NCBI GenBank assembly: GCA_965237595.1
Contig: CBDEFY010000004.1
Location: 274,213-338,212 of the forward strand
Reading direction: 5' to 3'
Length of the DNA: 64,000 nt
Source of the DNA: Dehalococcoidia bacterium
GTDB lineage: Bacteria > Chloroflexota > Dehalococcoidia > Lucifugimonadales > UBA3495
The notes beneath the pieces are model-generated. The model worked only from the letters and a program-made list of their open reading frames with translations. It had not been told where the DNA came from and did no database searches. This document shows, in pieces, positions 9,991-21,151 of the stretch. The position numbers and the translations under genes were made by a program. The first letter of the stretch is position 1, and each line of letters begins with the position of its first letter.

Positions 9991-10951
9991 GCTGCTCTGC
10001 TGAGCCGGGTTATCAGCGTAAAATGCCTCCCAGGTCTTTAAACATTCAGACCCACCTCCAACTGCGCTTCCAGCCGCTTTATGGACTTGCCCTATTCATC
10101 GGTCTGACCGGTGGTCGGCACTCGCATTGATTCTTGAACGGACGATACGTTCGGAGACCCGCTGGAATCCACAGCTCCCTTCATACGACATCCCATAACT
10201 GTAATGTTGCGATATTACAAAATTACAATTTGCCAATACGTTGATACACCAATCCTGGCAAGTTCACCGCAACCATCACGAGGCAGGAACAAATCTGGCT
10301 GCAGTCATTTAATGTGAGGCACTACCTCAACCCCGACGGCGGACAGGCCATTGTCGCCGGCAAAGGGCTGCCAGGGAGCTATTGAGGCCCCCGGGGATCA
10401 CTCAGGTACACCCATGGCTGATGCCCGACCAACGGGCCGCTACAGGTCCTCCGGGGTTTCGTAAATCTGCTTGGTCAAGGGCGCCAACCGCCCGAACAGG
10501 TCGTCAACGGTGAGGGAGCACCGAGGCCGCACCGGGACTCGTCCGGCCCCAAGGTGTTACTAATCGGGAAATTCCGTTCCCTTGCGGGTGGCAGTCGGAC
10601 CAGCTGACTTCGATAGCATTTTACCCCTGCATACCCTGACCCAAGCGGCAAGCTTTCGACACTGTAATACTACAATATGGCAACGTGCCAATATGTCAGT
10701 TGGAACAGGATGGGCCGTCACCAACCCCCAAGGGACTACTCGGCCCACTCCGATATCGAGTCCTCCGAGCCCACCACCAAGGAGCCCGTCGCACTCCCTA
10801 CCGATCCCCGGCCACCACCACTTGCTCGGAACATCTCGGGGGACGCTATTAACGTCGCCGTCACCGCCGACCTGACCCCATCCTTGACACCCCATACCCC
10901 CTGTGTGTACATTGCACACAATAGCCAGGATACATAGGCAGGGATACGACG

Positions 10952-11188
10952 ATGGTTCACTACCATATTTGGACATTTCGGAACCGCCGAATGGGCACCG
11001 GTGTCGTTGCAACCATGCTGACCCTCCCCGAGGTCTTCAAGCACCGGGAGCAGGCTTACCGGGAACGGGCCAGAATCTGCGCCCGAGATGGTATCCATAA
11101 AGGACTGGTTCAGGTCAAGCAGTGTCGAGGCATGGGAGATCGATGTTCGGAGGTTACACCCGACGCCCGAGTGACCAGTAATGCCTGA
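10952..11188 (+). CDS. Hypothetical protein upstream of primase
   Basis: 78-aa ORF overlapping the primase start. Confidence 0.45.
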   Translation: MVHYHIWTFRNRRMGTGVVATMLTLPEVFKHREQAYRERARICARDGIHKGLVQVKQCRGMGDRCSEVTPDARVTSNA

Positions 11189-12305
11189 CTGGCCTACCCT
11201 CGCGCAGACCGTCGCCCTGGAATTGCTAGGACAGCCCCAAGTCCGGACCCGCCGGGAATGGCGTTGGGGTCGGCGTGGGAGTTTCTGCCTGATATTGGAC
11301 ACAGGGAGCTGGCGGGACTTCGAGGCCGGCACATCCGGGGGTGTCCTGGACATGGTCTCACAAATCGCCAATGTGCCCCGCACCTCAGCCTGGGAGTGGC
11401 TCCTAGAACGGGGCCACGTGGACCTACATGGCTCTGCCACAGCCATTTTAAATCCCCCTCCACAATCGCGGCACAACCCTCCGCAATCAACCCCTGGGAA
11501 AGCTTTGAGAAACGATCCCCGCCGGCACCGGTGGGCCCTTGAGACCTGGGAGAATACCCAGGAGATTCCATCCAATGCCAACCATCCGGCCCGACGTTGG
11601 ATGGCGTTTCGGAACCTCTGGAGACCGGAGATACCCGTCCCCGGTCCATTAAGGTGGCTCCCCGCTGATCGTCACGGGAACCGGACCGGGCACACTGGGG
11701 CTGGAAGCATAGTCGCCCTGGCCTCTCCACCTGCAACCTGGTCAGATGCATGGCCCCAACTGCCGACGCCGCGAGCTGTGCAATTGATAGCGGTCCATCA
11801 GGACGGCAGGCCTGCAAGCATCGAGACCGCCTCCGGAGAGTTGGGCAAACAGACCCGAGGCCTACCATCCGGCACGGCTGTGATCCTGGGCAACCCAAAG
11901 ATCGGAGACGCTCAGGGTGAAGTGAGGGTTTGCGAAGGGGTGGCCGACGCGCTCGCACTTTCCAGTCGGTACAAGGGTCCGGCGGTGGCGGTTCTGGGAA
12001 CCGGGGGAATGAGATCGAGAGAATTGTCCGAGTGGTTGGCTACCACCGTCCCAGGCGTCATTATCCACGCCGACGCTGACATCCCGGGACGAGCTGCCGG
12101 CGAGTTGCGCCGAATGGTCCAAGAGGCCGGAGGAAAATGCATGGCCTTCCTGCCCAGTATAGGCAAAGACCCCGCCGAGGCTGCTGCCGCAAAGCCCTTT
12201 GAGGAACTGCCCCGAGACTGGCGCAGCTACGCCCAGACCCTCGAGGAAATCAATAATTGGCCACCCTGGGAGATTGCCAGGGCAGCGACCACCGCGATTT
12301 TATGA
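11181..12305 (+). CDS. Plasmid/phage-type TOPRIM primase-like protein
   Basis: WRWGRRGS...GSWRDFE..GGVLDMV N-terminal domain; VCEGVADALAL and IHADAD TOPRIM motifs; GKDPAE. Confidence 0.8.
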   Translation: MPDWPTLAQTVALELLGQPQVRTRREWRWGRRGSFCLILDTGSWRDFEAGTSGGVLDMVSQIANVPRTSAWEWLLERGHVDLHGSATAILNPPPQSRHNPPQSTPGKALRNDPRRHRWALETWENTQEIPSNANHPARRWMAFRNLWRPEIPVPGPLRWLPADRHGNRTGHTGAGSIVALASPPATWSDAWPQLPTPRAVQLIAVHQDGRPASIETASGELGKQTRGLPSGTAVILGNPKIGDAQGEVRVCEGVADALALSSRYKGPAVAVLGTGGMRSRELSEWLATTVPGVIIHADADIPGRAAGELRRMVQEAGGKCMAFLPSIGKDPAEAAAAKPFEELPRDWRSYAQTLEEINNWPPWEIARAATTAIL

Positions 12306-12321
12306 ACCACTATGAGGGGAC

Positions 12322-12606
12322 GTGATGAGCACCGACGGACAACCTGCAGAGGATGGCAGACTGGCCGGGAATGAATTGCCCAGGGACGCCTTGGACCTGG
12401 CATCCGAGCTGAAGGCCTACCTGGGTGCCAATCCGCACGACAACACAGCCTTGGAAGCGATGAGGGACGTCCTGAGGGTCATCGAACAGGTGCAGGGAGA
12501 CTCGCCGATCGAATGGTCCACATGGACGGCCCACCCCGAGGAACCGTCACCCCGACGGTGGCTGGTACAGAAAACGTGGGGAATGACATCGGCAGGCCTG
12601 TGGTAG
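12322..12606 (+). pseudogene. Probable N-terminus of AAA_25/RepA-like helicase, truncated
   Basis: Follows the primase; similarity ends just after EPSPRRWLV, a typical start of AAA_25 domains. Confidence 0.4.
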
Positions 12607-13038
12607 CGGCGTCTCAATGACATTAGGCCCCGGAAAACGCGATTGAAGTGGGGGTGCAGGACGTGGCGGTTTTGCGGCTGTCAGAGGCATCTTTGGCCCT
12701 CTGAGAGGCGTTGACGCAACCCTCGTCGAGGTCGTGGCGGGGTGACACGTCAACCACGTTGCGAGGTTTGATGTCGGGTCGCTCAGGGTCTCGAAGCCGG
12801 TCTCCCAAGGCCTCCAGCCCGGCACGGGTTCCCGGCGCGTCGGCGGGGACGGCGGCCCAGGTTGGCACATCGGATTGGCCGCCGATTGCAGTCAGGGGGG
12901 TGTATACGGAAATGTGTAAAAGGCGGAGTTAAAGTGGACCACCTGGACGGATTGACCGCCTGACATTGTGGCGGTTGAAAAATGTACCGTCCTGTGCCAT
13001 CGATAGGTTCGAAGTCGTGCTTATGGGTGGTGGGATGG

Positions 13039-14554
13039 ATGTACCAGGTGGACGTGTATCTACGGATCCGACGGGCGGTGATGGTGGATGGGATGAGCAT
13101 CCGGGAGGTCTCCCGGGTGTTCGGGTTGCACCGGGACACGGTGCGCAAGATTCTGGCCTACTCAGCGCCGCCGGGCTACCGGCGACAGACTCCGCCCCGG
13201 CGTCCTAACCCTTCGACAAGCTCAGGAGGAGCCCTTCACCGCCGTCATCGACCAAATCCTGGTAGACGACCTCAAGCGTCCCAGGAAGCAGCGCCACACA
13301 GCCCAGCGGATCTTCCAGCGGCTCAGGGACGAGCATGGGTTCGGCGGCCAGTACACCATAGTCAAGGACTACGTAAGGGAGCACCGCCGCCGGTCGCAGG
13401 AGATGTTCGTCCCTCTGTCTCATCCGCCGGGCCTCGCCAAAGTCGCACTGGGCGTGGCCCTGGTGATCATTGGCGGGGTGGAACAGAAAGCCCACTGCTT
13501 CGTCCTGGACCTGCCCCATAGCGACGGATGCTTCGTCAAGGCTTACCCGGCCGAGACCACCGAGGCCTTCCTGGACGGCCATGTCTCGGCCTTCGCATTC
13601 CTGGGCGGAGTGCCCCAGAGCATCCTGTACGACAACACCAAGCTGGCGGTGGCCAGGATCCTGGGGGATGGACGCCGTAAACGCACCCGGGCCTTCACGG
13701 AACTCCAGTCCCACTACCTGTTCTCGGACCGGTTCGGCCGTCCCGGCAAGGGCAACGACAAGGGGAAGGTCGAGGGGATGGTCGGCTATATGCGGCGCAA
13801 CTTCCTGGTGCCGGTCCCGTCCTTCGAGAGCTTTGAGGCGCTGAACGCCCACCTGGAGCGTCGCTGCCTGGCGCGGATGGATGCCAGGTTGAGGGGCCAC
13901 TCAGAGAGCATAGGCCAGCGGATGGAACGGGACCTGGAGGCCCTGCTGCCTCTGCCGGCGGTGGCCTACGACGCCTGCGAGAAGCAGGCAGGCCGGGTGA
14001 GTTCGCTGTCGCTGGTGAGGTACAGGACCAACGATTACTCGGCCCCGGTGGCCTACGGGCACCGGGACGTTCTGGTAAAAGGCTACGTGGACCGGGTGGT
14101 CATCAGTTGCGGGTCCGAGGTCATCGCCCGCCATCACCGCTCCTACCAGCGAGATGATTTTGTGTTCGACCCCGTCCACTACCTGCCCCTGCTGGAGCAG
14201 AAGACGGCGGCCCTGGACCAGGCCGCTCCCCTGCAGGGATGGGACCTTCCCGAGGAGTTTGCCACGCTGCGCCGGTTGCTGGAGTCCCGCATGGGACGAA
14301 GGGGCAAGCGGGAGTTCGTCCAGGTACTGCGGCTATTCGAGCATTTTTCGCCTGGGGAGGTCCACGCCGCGGTTCGGGACGCCCTCCGTCTGGGGGCGTT
14401 GAGCTTCGACGCCGTGAAGCACCTGGTGCTCTGCCGTCTGGAGGGCCGGCCGCCCCGCCTCGACCTGGAGCTCTATCCCTACCTGCCCAGGGTGCGGGTC
14501 AGCATCACTTCCGCCGGGGATTACATGACATTGCTGTGGGGGAGGGCGGCATGA
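13039..14554 (+). pseudogene. istA: IstA transposase disrupted by REP-like insertion (~13207-13227) and micro-inversion (13434-13455)
   Basis: Paralogous to istA at 3519; frame breaks after RRP; HAQCDFGEA replaced by LAKVALGVA. Confidence 0.9.
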
Positions 14555-15333
14555 ACAGCCGGTCCACGCTGCTGCTGGAACACCATCTGAAGGAACTGAA
14601 GCTGCCCAGCTTCTTCCGGGAATACGGGAAGATGGCCGCCCAGTGCGCCGCCGAGGGAGTGGACCACCCAGGGTACCTGCTCAGGCTCGCCGAACCGGAA
14701 CTCATCGACCGCCACCAGCGCATGGTGGAGCGGCGGATCCGGTCCGCCCGCTTCCCTGCCGTCAAGACCTTCGACACCTTCGACTTTACGGCCATCCCGT
14801 CGGTGAACAAGGCGCTGGTGATGGAACTGGCCCGGTGCGAATACGTCCAAAACCGGGAGAACGTCATCGCCGTCGGCAACAGCGGCACCGGCAAGACCCA
14901 CGTGGCCCTGGGACTGGGCCTGGCCGCCTGCCAGCGGGGGATGTCCGTGGGCTTCACCACCGCCGCCGCCCTGGTCCACGAGTTGATGGAGGCCCGAGAC
15001 GAGAGGCGTCTGCTTAATCTACAGAGACAACTTTCCCGCCTCAGCCTGCTGATCATCGACGAACTGGGCTTCGTGCCCCTGTCACCCACCGGGGCGGAAC
15101 TGCTCTTCGAGGTCTTCAGCCAGCGCTACGAGCGGGGCTCAATCCTGGTGACCACCAACCTTCCCTTCGACGAGTGGACCGAGGTCTTCGGGTCGGAGAG
15201 GCTCACCGGGGCCCTGCTGGACCGCCTCACCCACCACGTCCACATCCTGGAGATGAACGGCGAGAGCTACCGGCTCAAGCGTAGCAGAGAGGGAGTTGCC
15301 TCCCAAACTCAAGACAAGCCTCACGAAGAATAG
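14551..15333 (+). CDS. istB: IstB AAA+ helper ATPase
   Basis: GNSGTGKT, LLIIDELG, TTNLPF, LLDRL, GESYR. Confidence 0.95.
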   Translation: MNSRSTLLLEHHLKELKLPSFFREYGKMAAQCAAEGVDHPGYLLRLAEPELIDRHQRMVERRIRSARFPAVKTFDTFDFTAIPSVNKALVMELARCEYVQNRENVIAVGNSGTGKTHVALGLGLAACQRGMSVGFTTAAALVHELMEARDERRLLNLQRQLSRLSLLIIDELGFVPLSPTGAELLFEVFSQRYERGSILVTTNLPFDEWTEVFGSERLTGALLDRLTHHVHILEMNGESYRLKRSREGVASQTQDKPHEE

Positions 15334-15515
15334 GTAGCATCAAGACCTTCCTGCCTGTCCTCTGCTGACCCACCCGTAAGCAGGCCATTTCCCTCAACAA
15401 GTGGTGCGGACATTTATGCTGGCCAGTTAGCTCGGGCTTTTTCGCTGAACATGAACACACCAGGTGGTACAGTTTCACTCCGCCCCAGTGGCCCAACATG
15501 CCTCCGCCATTGACA

Positions 15516-16252
15516 CCTAAGAAGTCTCTTCTGTGGATGGCACAGCCCAAGGGAATGACACGGCTACTGCCCAGAACACTCAACAACGAATCTAATTGGG
15601 GATTCATTCGTGCCAGCCCCTGCAGGTTGTCCTGTTGGGTCAGAGTTTCAGTTTCAAAGCGGCTCACGGTGTTGGTGCTGGCGGCGTTCCGGTCTGATCC
15701 TTGCCAGCCCACGACGACTCTCATGGCTGGGTCTTGGGAAAGGCGTTCGGCATCATTGGTGTCATCGTAGCCGGCCAAGCGGCTGTAGATGGACTGTCTG
15801 AGCAGCGGGACGAGGTGGTGTCGGATGTTGCGACCGGAGCGGCTTTCCTGGAGATAGTCGGCAGCAATATGGGTAAGGCCCAGGGCATCATCCAGCTCTC
15901 GAATGGGCAAGAGTCCGGCATCGGAAGTGATGGTGGCACCGTGAAACTCCAGACGGACTTTGGGGTTGAACTGGAGCCGGAGAGGGGTTTTGTCGCCGTC
16001 ACCCATCAGGTGCCTCCGGGGTTGTTACGCTATCTGAAGAATCTTACTCCCTTCCCAACCACGATACTGCCCTTTGCCTCCGAAGAAATCGTTTGAGTGG
16101 AACTCAGGAACTCCAAACTGACGCAAGACTTGTTGCCACCCAGACCTAGCGGTTTGCCAGTCCTGTGTTGTCCCTACAAAGCCACCCATCAGGAAGTACT
16201 CGGCTTCTCCATCAAGTCCGCTCTCATCCCCGTAGGCGATAATTCGTGTCAC
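15516..16252 (-). pseudogene. DUF3800-family protein, interrupted by an IS1380 internal fragment and cut by IS21
   Basis: IAYGDESG...FLMGGFVG...PEFHS...YRGW, then QLDSLLSVLG...IPLGCAIHRRDF after the insert. Confidence 0.7.
15596..16048 (-). mobile_element. Internal fragment of the IS1380 (no IRs)
   Basis: Matches the 5' third of the IS1380 copies (MGDGDKTPL...RMNPQ). Confidence 0.9.
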
Positions 16253-16571
16253 AGGAACCCTAGCCTCTTGACCGGTATTTCCCATATTGGGAGTCTTCAG
16301 CCTCAAAGGGCAGCCCGAACGAGATGCTAGCATCATAGTCAGAGCCTGCAAGGCCAGTCAATTGAGTCCTATAGCTGTTGCTCCTCCAGAGTCAAGTGAA
16401 TTCGTTAGGCGTCTGGGGATTCCAGCGTCTCCCCCTTCGGCATCCGGTAGCCGACGCGAGGCTCGGTGAGGATGTAGGTTTGGCGCTTTCGCATAATTCG
16501 GCCCTTTCCCTGTACAATACTGCGGGACCGCCTCAAAGGAACAAAGCCAGCTTAACCTGGGAGGATACCTA

Positions 16572-17790
16572 GTACTCAGTCAACTTGGTTTTGGGATTTG
16601 TTTAAGAAAGGGGCCAATTGAGCTATCCTGCCTGGTGGGAAGTGTTGATGGCGGGGGTGGTGATGGTCAGGGACAAATACGCGGTGCGGCTGGCACAGGA
16701 ACAACGGGAAGAGCTCCAGCGACTGATCCGGGTTGGCAAAAACTCAGCCCGAGTGACCGCTAGAGCGCGGATTCTCCTAAAGAGCGACGACGGTTGGGCG
16801 GCACCCCAAGTGGCCGAAGCTTTGGATGTGGCCCTGAGCACCGTATACCGGGTCAAGCAGCGCTTTGCCGAAGAAGGGTTGGAGAGGGTTTTGCAGGACC
16901 GTCCCCAGGCCAACCGGCCCCGGAAGTTGGACGACCGGGGCGAAGCCCACCTGATTGCTTTGGCCTGCAGCCCGCCGCCGGAAGGGCATGACCACTGGAC
17001 CCTGCGTCTGCTGGCCGGGAAGGTGGTCGAGTTGGGGCTGACGCCCTCCATGTCCCACGAGGGGGTGCGCAAGCGTCTCAAAAAAACGCCCTCAAGCCGT
17101 GGCAGAAGAAGGAGTGGTGCATTCCCAAGGTGAGCGCGGAATTTGTGGCTAACATGGAGGATGTCCTGGATCTCTACGCCGAACCCTATGATCCCCAACG
17201 TCCGGTGGTTTGCTTTGACGAGACATCCACCCAGTTGTTGGCGGAGACCCAGCCCGCTCTGCCGCCCCGGCCGGGACTTCCGCTGCGGCAGGACTACGAA
17301 TACCGGCGGGAGGGTACCCGCAACCTGTTCTTGGCCTGCGAGCCCTTGGCGGGTTGGCGAGGGGTGGCGGTCACGGAGCGGCGCACGATGCAAGACTTCG
17401 CCCGCCGGATGCGCTGGCTGGCGGATGAAGCCTACCCGGAAGCCGAGGTGGTAAGGGTTGTCTTGGACAATCTGAATACCCATCGCCGGGCATCGCTGTA
17501 CGAGACTTTCCCGGCTGAGGAAGCCCGGAGGATTGCCAGGCGGCTGGAGTTTCATTACACGCCCAAGCACGGGAGTTGGTTGAACATGGCGGAGATCGAG
17601 TTCAGCGTCCTGTCCCGCTCCTGCCTGAAGCAGCGGCTCTCCGGCGAGGAGGCCCTCAGGAGGGAAGTCGATGCTCTGGTCAAGGAGCGCAACGCCGCCA
17701 GAGCCACCATCAACTGGCGGTTCAACACCCGGGACGCACGAACCAAACTTCACCGCCTTTACCCTTCCGATTTTACGGTTGACTGAGTAC
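16572..17790 (+). mobile_element. IS630-family element; transposase in two frames (16648-17133, 17130-17786) joined by probable -1 frameshift
   Basis: IRs GTACTCAGTCAAC/GTTGACTGAGTAC inserted at CTAG with TA duplication; slippery AAAAAAAC at ~17080; CFDE, LDN, SWLNMAEIE. Confidence 0.93.
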
Positions 17791-17793
17791 TAG

Positions 17794-19050
17794 GTGGAGA
17801 CTCTCTACGATGCAAATGAGTCGATAAAGTTAGCTAGAACTATTGTCAAGCTTGTGGATGGCCCTTCTTGTCCGGCTGAAGTTGTGCTGAGACTCTCTCC
17901 GGTGCCAACGATACACTTTGACCTGCTGGAGTCTCCGCCAGAGTTTCAAAGGGCACTCTTCGACGTCTCCTTGGAGCATGGTCCTATGGTAATTGGATTG
18001 CCGTCAGGCCAGAAAGTGCAAGTGTTGGACGGCAAACAAAGTCTGATACCCACATCCGAACCAGTAGCAGGCCTGGATACAGGGGAGCCTCTGCATGTTG
18101 TTCGATTCGGTCTCATAAACTTCCCAGACTTCATGAAGCCAAGATCTACTGAGTCCCAAACTGACGCCGAAACCCCTTGGAGTATCGAAGAGCTGCGGAC
18201 CATACATCTGGAAAGTGACCTTTGGTTGGTAGAGATCAGGCCGGTTGGTAATCGAACACAAGTGTATGAGTCCTTAAAGGAACAACGAGGATTTGCGCTG
18301 ACCCACTGGGGAAAAGTGACACGAATTGACGGCAAGCCTTTTCCCAATGAGAGTGTGCAGCCATTTATGGCTACGCTGAATCAATTTCTTTCGTTTGCCA
18401 GGGGTGTTTCTTGCGGAATGACGCTCATTAAGGGTCTTGATGAAGCCGGTGAGACTGTTTGGGAAGAGTGGGGCGTCACCAAGGTCCAGCCGTGGAAGGG
18501 ACACAGATCGTGTCTAGATATACGGAATGGAGCTACCCTGGAAGACCTGTTTGTGGGATTCTGGTGTTACTCTCGAGTGCTTCCACAGGACTCCCAGACA
18601 TATCCCGCCCTTGAATGGTATTTGGAGAGCAATGCACAGGAGGCGTCCCATACGAGCATTGTCTTAAACCAAGCAGCACTGGAACGTCTGACTGTCGAGA
18701 TGGTGGGTACCAAGACAAAAAGAGAGAAGAAAGGCGATTGGATAGCAAGGGCTCTCCGCAAGGTGCAGGCAGACGTTAGAATCCCAGCTCCCTTCAAGGA
18801 GGACTTGGGGAAGAAGGGTTTTGAGCACGGCCCGCACGCCCTTGTCGATCTTCGCAACGGCCTAGTTCACCAGAAAATGAAAAATGGCATCCTCTCTTCT
18901 GAAGCCCAAAGGCAGGCAAGGGAACTGGGTTTGTGGTACGTCGAGCTATTGCTGCTGGAACTTTTCGGGTATAGCGGGCTGTATTCGAATCGCCTGACCA
19001 GGAAATGGACCGGCGATGTAGAAACAGTTCCGTGGGCCAGTCCCGTTTAG
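17794..19050 (+). CDS. ApeA/YopA-like protein with C-terminal HEPN motif (putative defence RNase)
   Basis: 418 aa, lower GC than flanks; QAALERL and RNGLVH (Rx4H) motif. Confidence 0.6.
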   Translation: METLYDANESIKLARTIVKLVDGPSCPAEVVLRLSPVPTIHFDLLESPPEFQRALFDVSLEHGPMVIGLPSGQKVQVLDGKQSLIPTSEPVAGLDTGEPLHVVRFGLINFPDFMKPRSTESQTDAETPWSIEELRTIHLESDLWLVEIRPVGNRTQVYESLKEQRGFALTHWGKVTRIDGKPFPNESVQPFMATLNQFLSFARGVSCGMTLIKGLDEAGETVWEEWGVTKVQPWKGHRSCLDIRNGATLEDLFVGFWCYSRVLPQDSQTYPALEWYLESNAQEASHTSIVLNQAALERLTVEMVGTKTKREKKGDWIARALRKVQADVRIPAPFKEDLGKKGFEHGPHALVDLRNGLVHQKMKNGILSSEAQRQARELGLWYVELLLLELFGYSGLYSNRLTRKWTGDVETVPWASPV

Positions 19051-19216
19051 GGCAGTCGTGGCCTCGCCAACGTGTGCCGAGGGAGATCCCAGAACGTACG
19101 CCCTTTGGGGTGGTATTTCGTGGACCTAGGCTCGGCCAGACATAAGATCGTGGGGCTTATCGAGTGTCGTGGCCCGACTGCTTATATTAGGACCTCCCAG
19201 CGAAAAGTTCGCAATT

Positions 19217-20896
19217 GAGCCTGTCCCAGAAGTGGAAATTGCGGATAGGGGGAGCAGATAGAGGTCAAAGGGTTCGCTGAAAGGCCCTGGCCTGAGCGGG
19301 TAGGACAGGCGACGGAGCGATGGGTCAGCTGCTGTCATCACTGCAGGTCAGGAGACGGGACAAGGCTCCGGGCCATTAAATAGACCGATGAAGGGGCTGA
19401 GCGCCACACCCGCCAGAGAGTGCGCAGGTTGAAGGCTGTGGCCAGCATTGTCCACTCGGCCGCCACGTTAACGAGGCCGCGCAGCAGGAATCTCCGTGCC
19501 CCCTGTTGCTCCTTGATGATTCCGAAGACAGGCTCGACCAGTTGCTTTCTCAGCTTGTACGCCTCTCTAGCTGCTGAGGTGGACATCCAGGCACGATGAC
19601 GGCGCAGCACTGCGTCATGCGGACCTATCGCCAGGCTCCGCCCAATCTCTTTGGCCTTCGTGCAGACTCCGAAGGCTGGGCACACTTGGCAGACGACCCC
19701 GGAGGCCCGGTACAGACGCAACGGGACTCCATGCGTATGTTGGATACGAACGAACTTGAGCGTCTATCCCTGCGGACACGTAAAGCTGTCGCTCTGCTCG
19801 TCGTAGGTGAATCGGTCCTTGTGATATGGGTCTTTGAGGAACCGTTGCCGCGACTCCGACACTACCACCTGCTGATCTCGACGGGCGCATTCTTCCAAGT
19901 GACTCGCGGCGAAGTATCCGGCATCGGCCAACGTCATCTGCGACTTCGTCCCCATAGTCTCCTCGGCCTGCTCGACCATCGGCACCAGCAGGGCATTGTC
20001 ATTGGCTGCATCCACCACGTCCACGGCGGTGACCAACATGCCGGTCGCTCCCCCATCCGTCTCTGTGGGTGAGACCATAGCCTGAGCGTTGTAGCCAGCC
20101 ACGATGCCTTGCCTACCCTTCATCAGCCTGGCGTCTGGGTCGGTCAGGTTGATGCGCTTGTGGCGCTTCTGACTCGTGAGATCGTCCATCGCCTGCCTCA
20201 CCTGCTCTCTCAAGACCTCCTTGTCAGCCAACTCCTCAGGCAGATGGGCAACAGCAGTGTCTTCTCCCGCTTCGTTCTGAGCCTCAAGGTCGGCTATCGC
20301 ACGCTCCAGCCGCTCCAACAGACCACGCAGTCCCTCGGCGTCGTAGCTCCTGTTCAGCGACGCGTTGGCGACCACCTTCGTACCATCCACCGCCTGAACC
20401 GCCAGGTCCACCAACTTCATCGTCACTGCCATACGCACCGTCCGCTCGAACAGCTTCCTCATGGCCTGCCGATGCCCTTTGTAGAACCTCCACAGGGTGT
20501 TGTGGTCAGGATGCTGCCACCCGGTCAGCCACAGGTATGGTATCTGGTCCCGGCAGGCCGCCTCCAGCTTCCGGCACGAGCGCACCCCGGTCATGAAGCC
20601 GTACAGCCACACGCTCAACAGCGCACGTGGATGGTAGGCTGGCGCTCCCAGCACCTCCCCGTCTATCTTCACCCCAAGCTCCGCCCAGTCCTCCCGGTCC
20701 AAAGCGTCAACGAACTCGGCCACGAATCGCGCTGGATGGTCCAACGGCAACAGTTCGTCAAGCGTCGGCGGCAATATCCATATCTGCTCTCGGCCCATCT
20801 CTCGAAACGGCATCTCAACATCTCCCCAATTTATGTCGCCTCGAAAATACACCCAACGACATACCCATGGCCAGTTCAGACTTCTGAGACAGGCTC
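19217..20896 (-). mobile_element. IS1182-family element; transposase 19338-20813 with in-frame TAG at 19766-19764
   Basis: IRs GAGCCTGTCCCAGAAGT/ACTTCTGAGACAGGCTC; TSD AATT; AVDGTK, TDPDARLM, GYNAQ, LADAGY, VEPVFGIIK. Confidence 0.92.
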
Positions 20897-21151
20897 AATT
20901 CGGTACGTGTAGGCCCAGCTATTGCTTCAACGAACTCTTTGGGAGTTAGGCCGGAAATGGCGGAGCGCGGGTGAATCGAAGAAAAAGTAAACAACTCTTG
21001 GTTCAATCGCTCCTTGGGCGTCATCTATCTGTCAGAGGGACACATCAGATGGATAAATATCCTCAAGAAGGATAGGTCAAAGAACAGCCCACCTAAATGG
21101 TGGATCAACCTTTGCATTCCAAGTGAAGGCGTCAGGTAGGCCGGTATTTGA

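Larger units (their letters stand above)
12915..15515 (+). mobile_element. IS21-family element, full length but inactivated
   Basis: Ends TGTAAAAGGCGGAG...CTCCGCCATTGACA; istA plus istB; no matching TSD seen. Confidence 0.92.

Noticed and set aside
16271-16440. Right end of a second IS1380-like element
   Set aside because: Only patchy similarity (ATTTCCCA, GCGTCTCCC) to the IS1380 end, with no transposase or TSD; too weak to list.
16623-17753. Long antisense ORFs opposite transposases and metabolic genes (e.g. 376 aa here, 42947-43915, 59890-60918)
   Set aside because: Shadow ORFs expected from GC3-rich codon usage on the coding strand.
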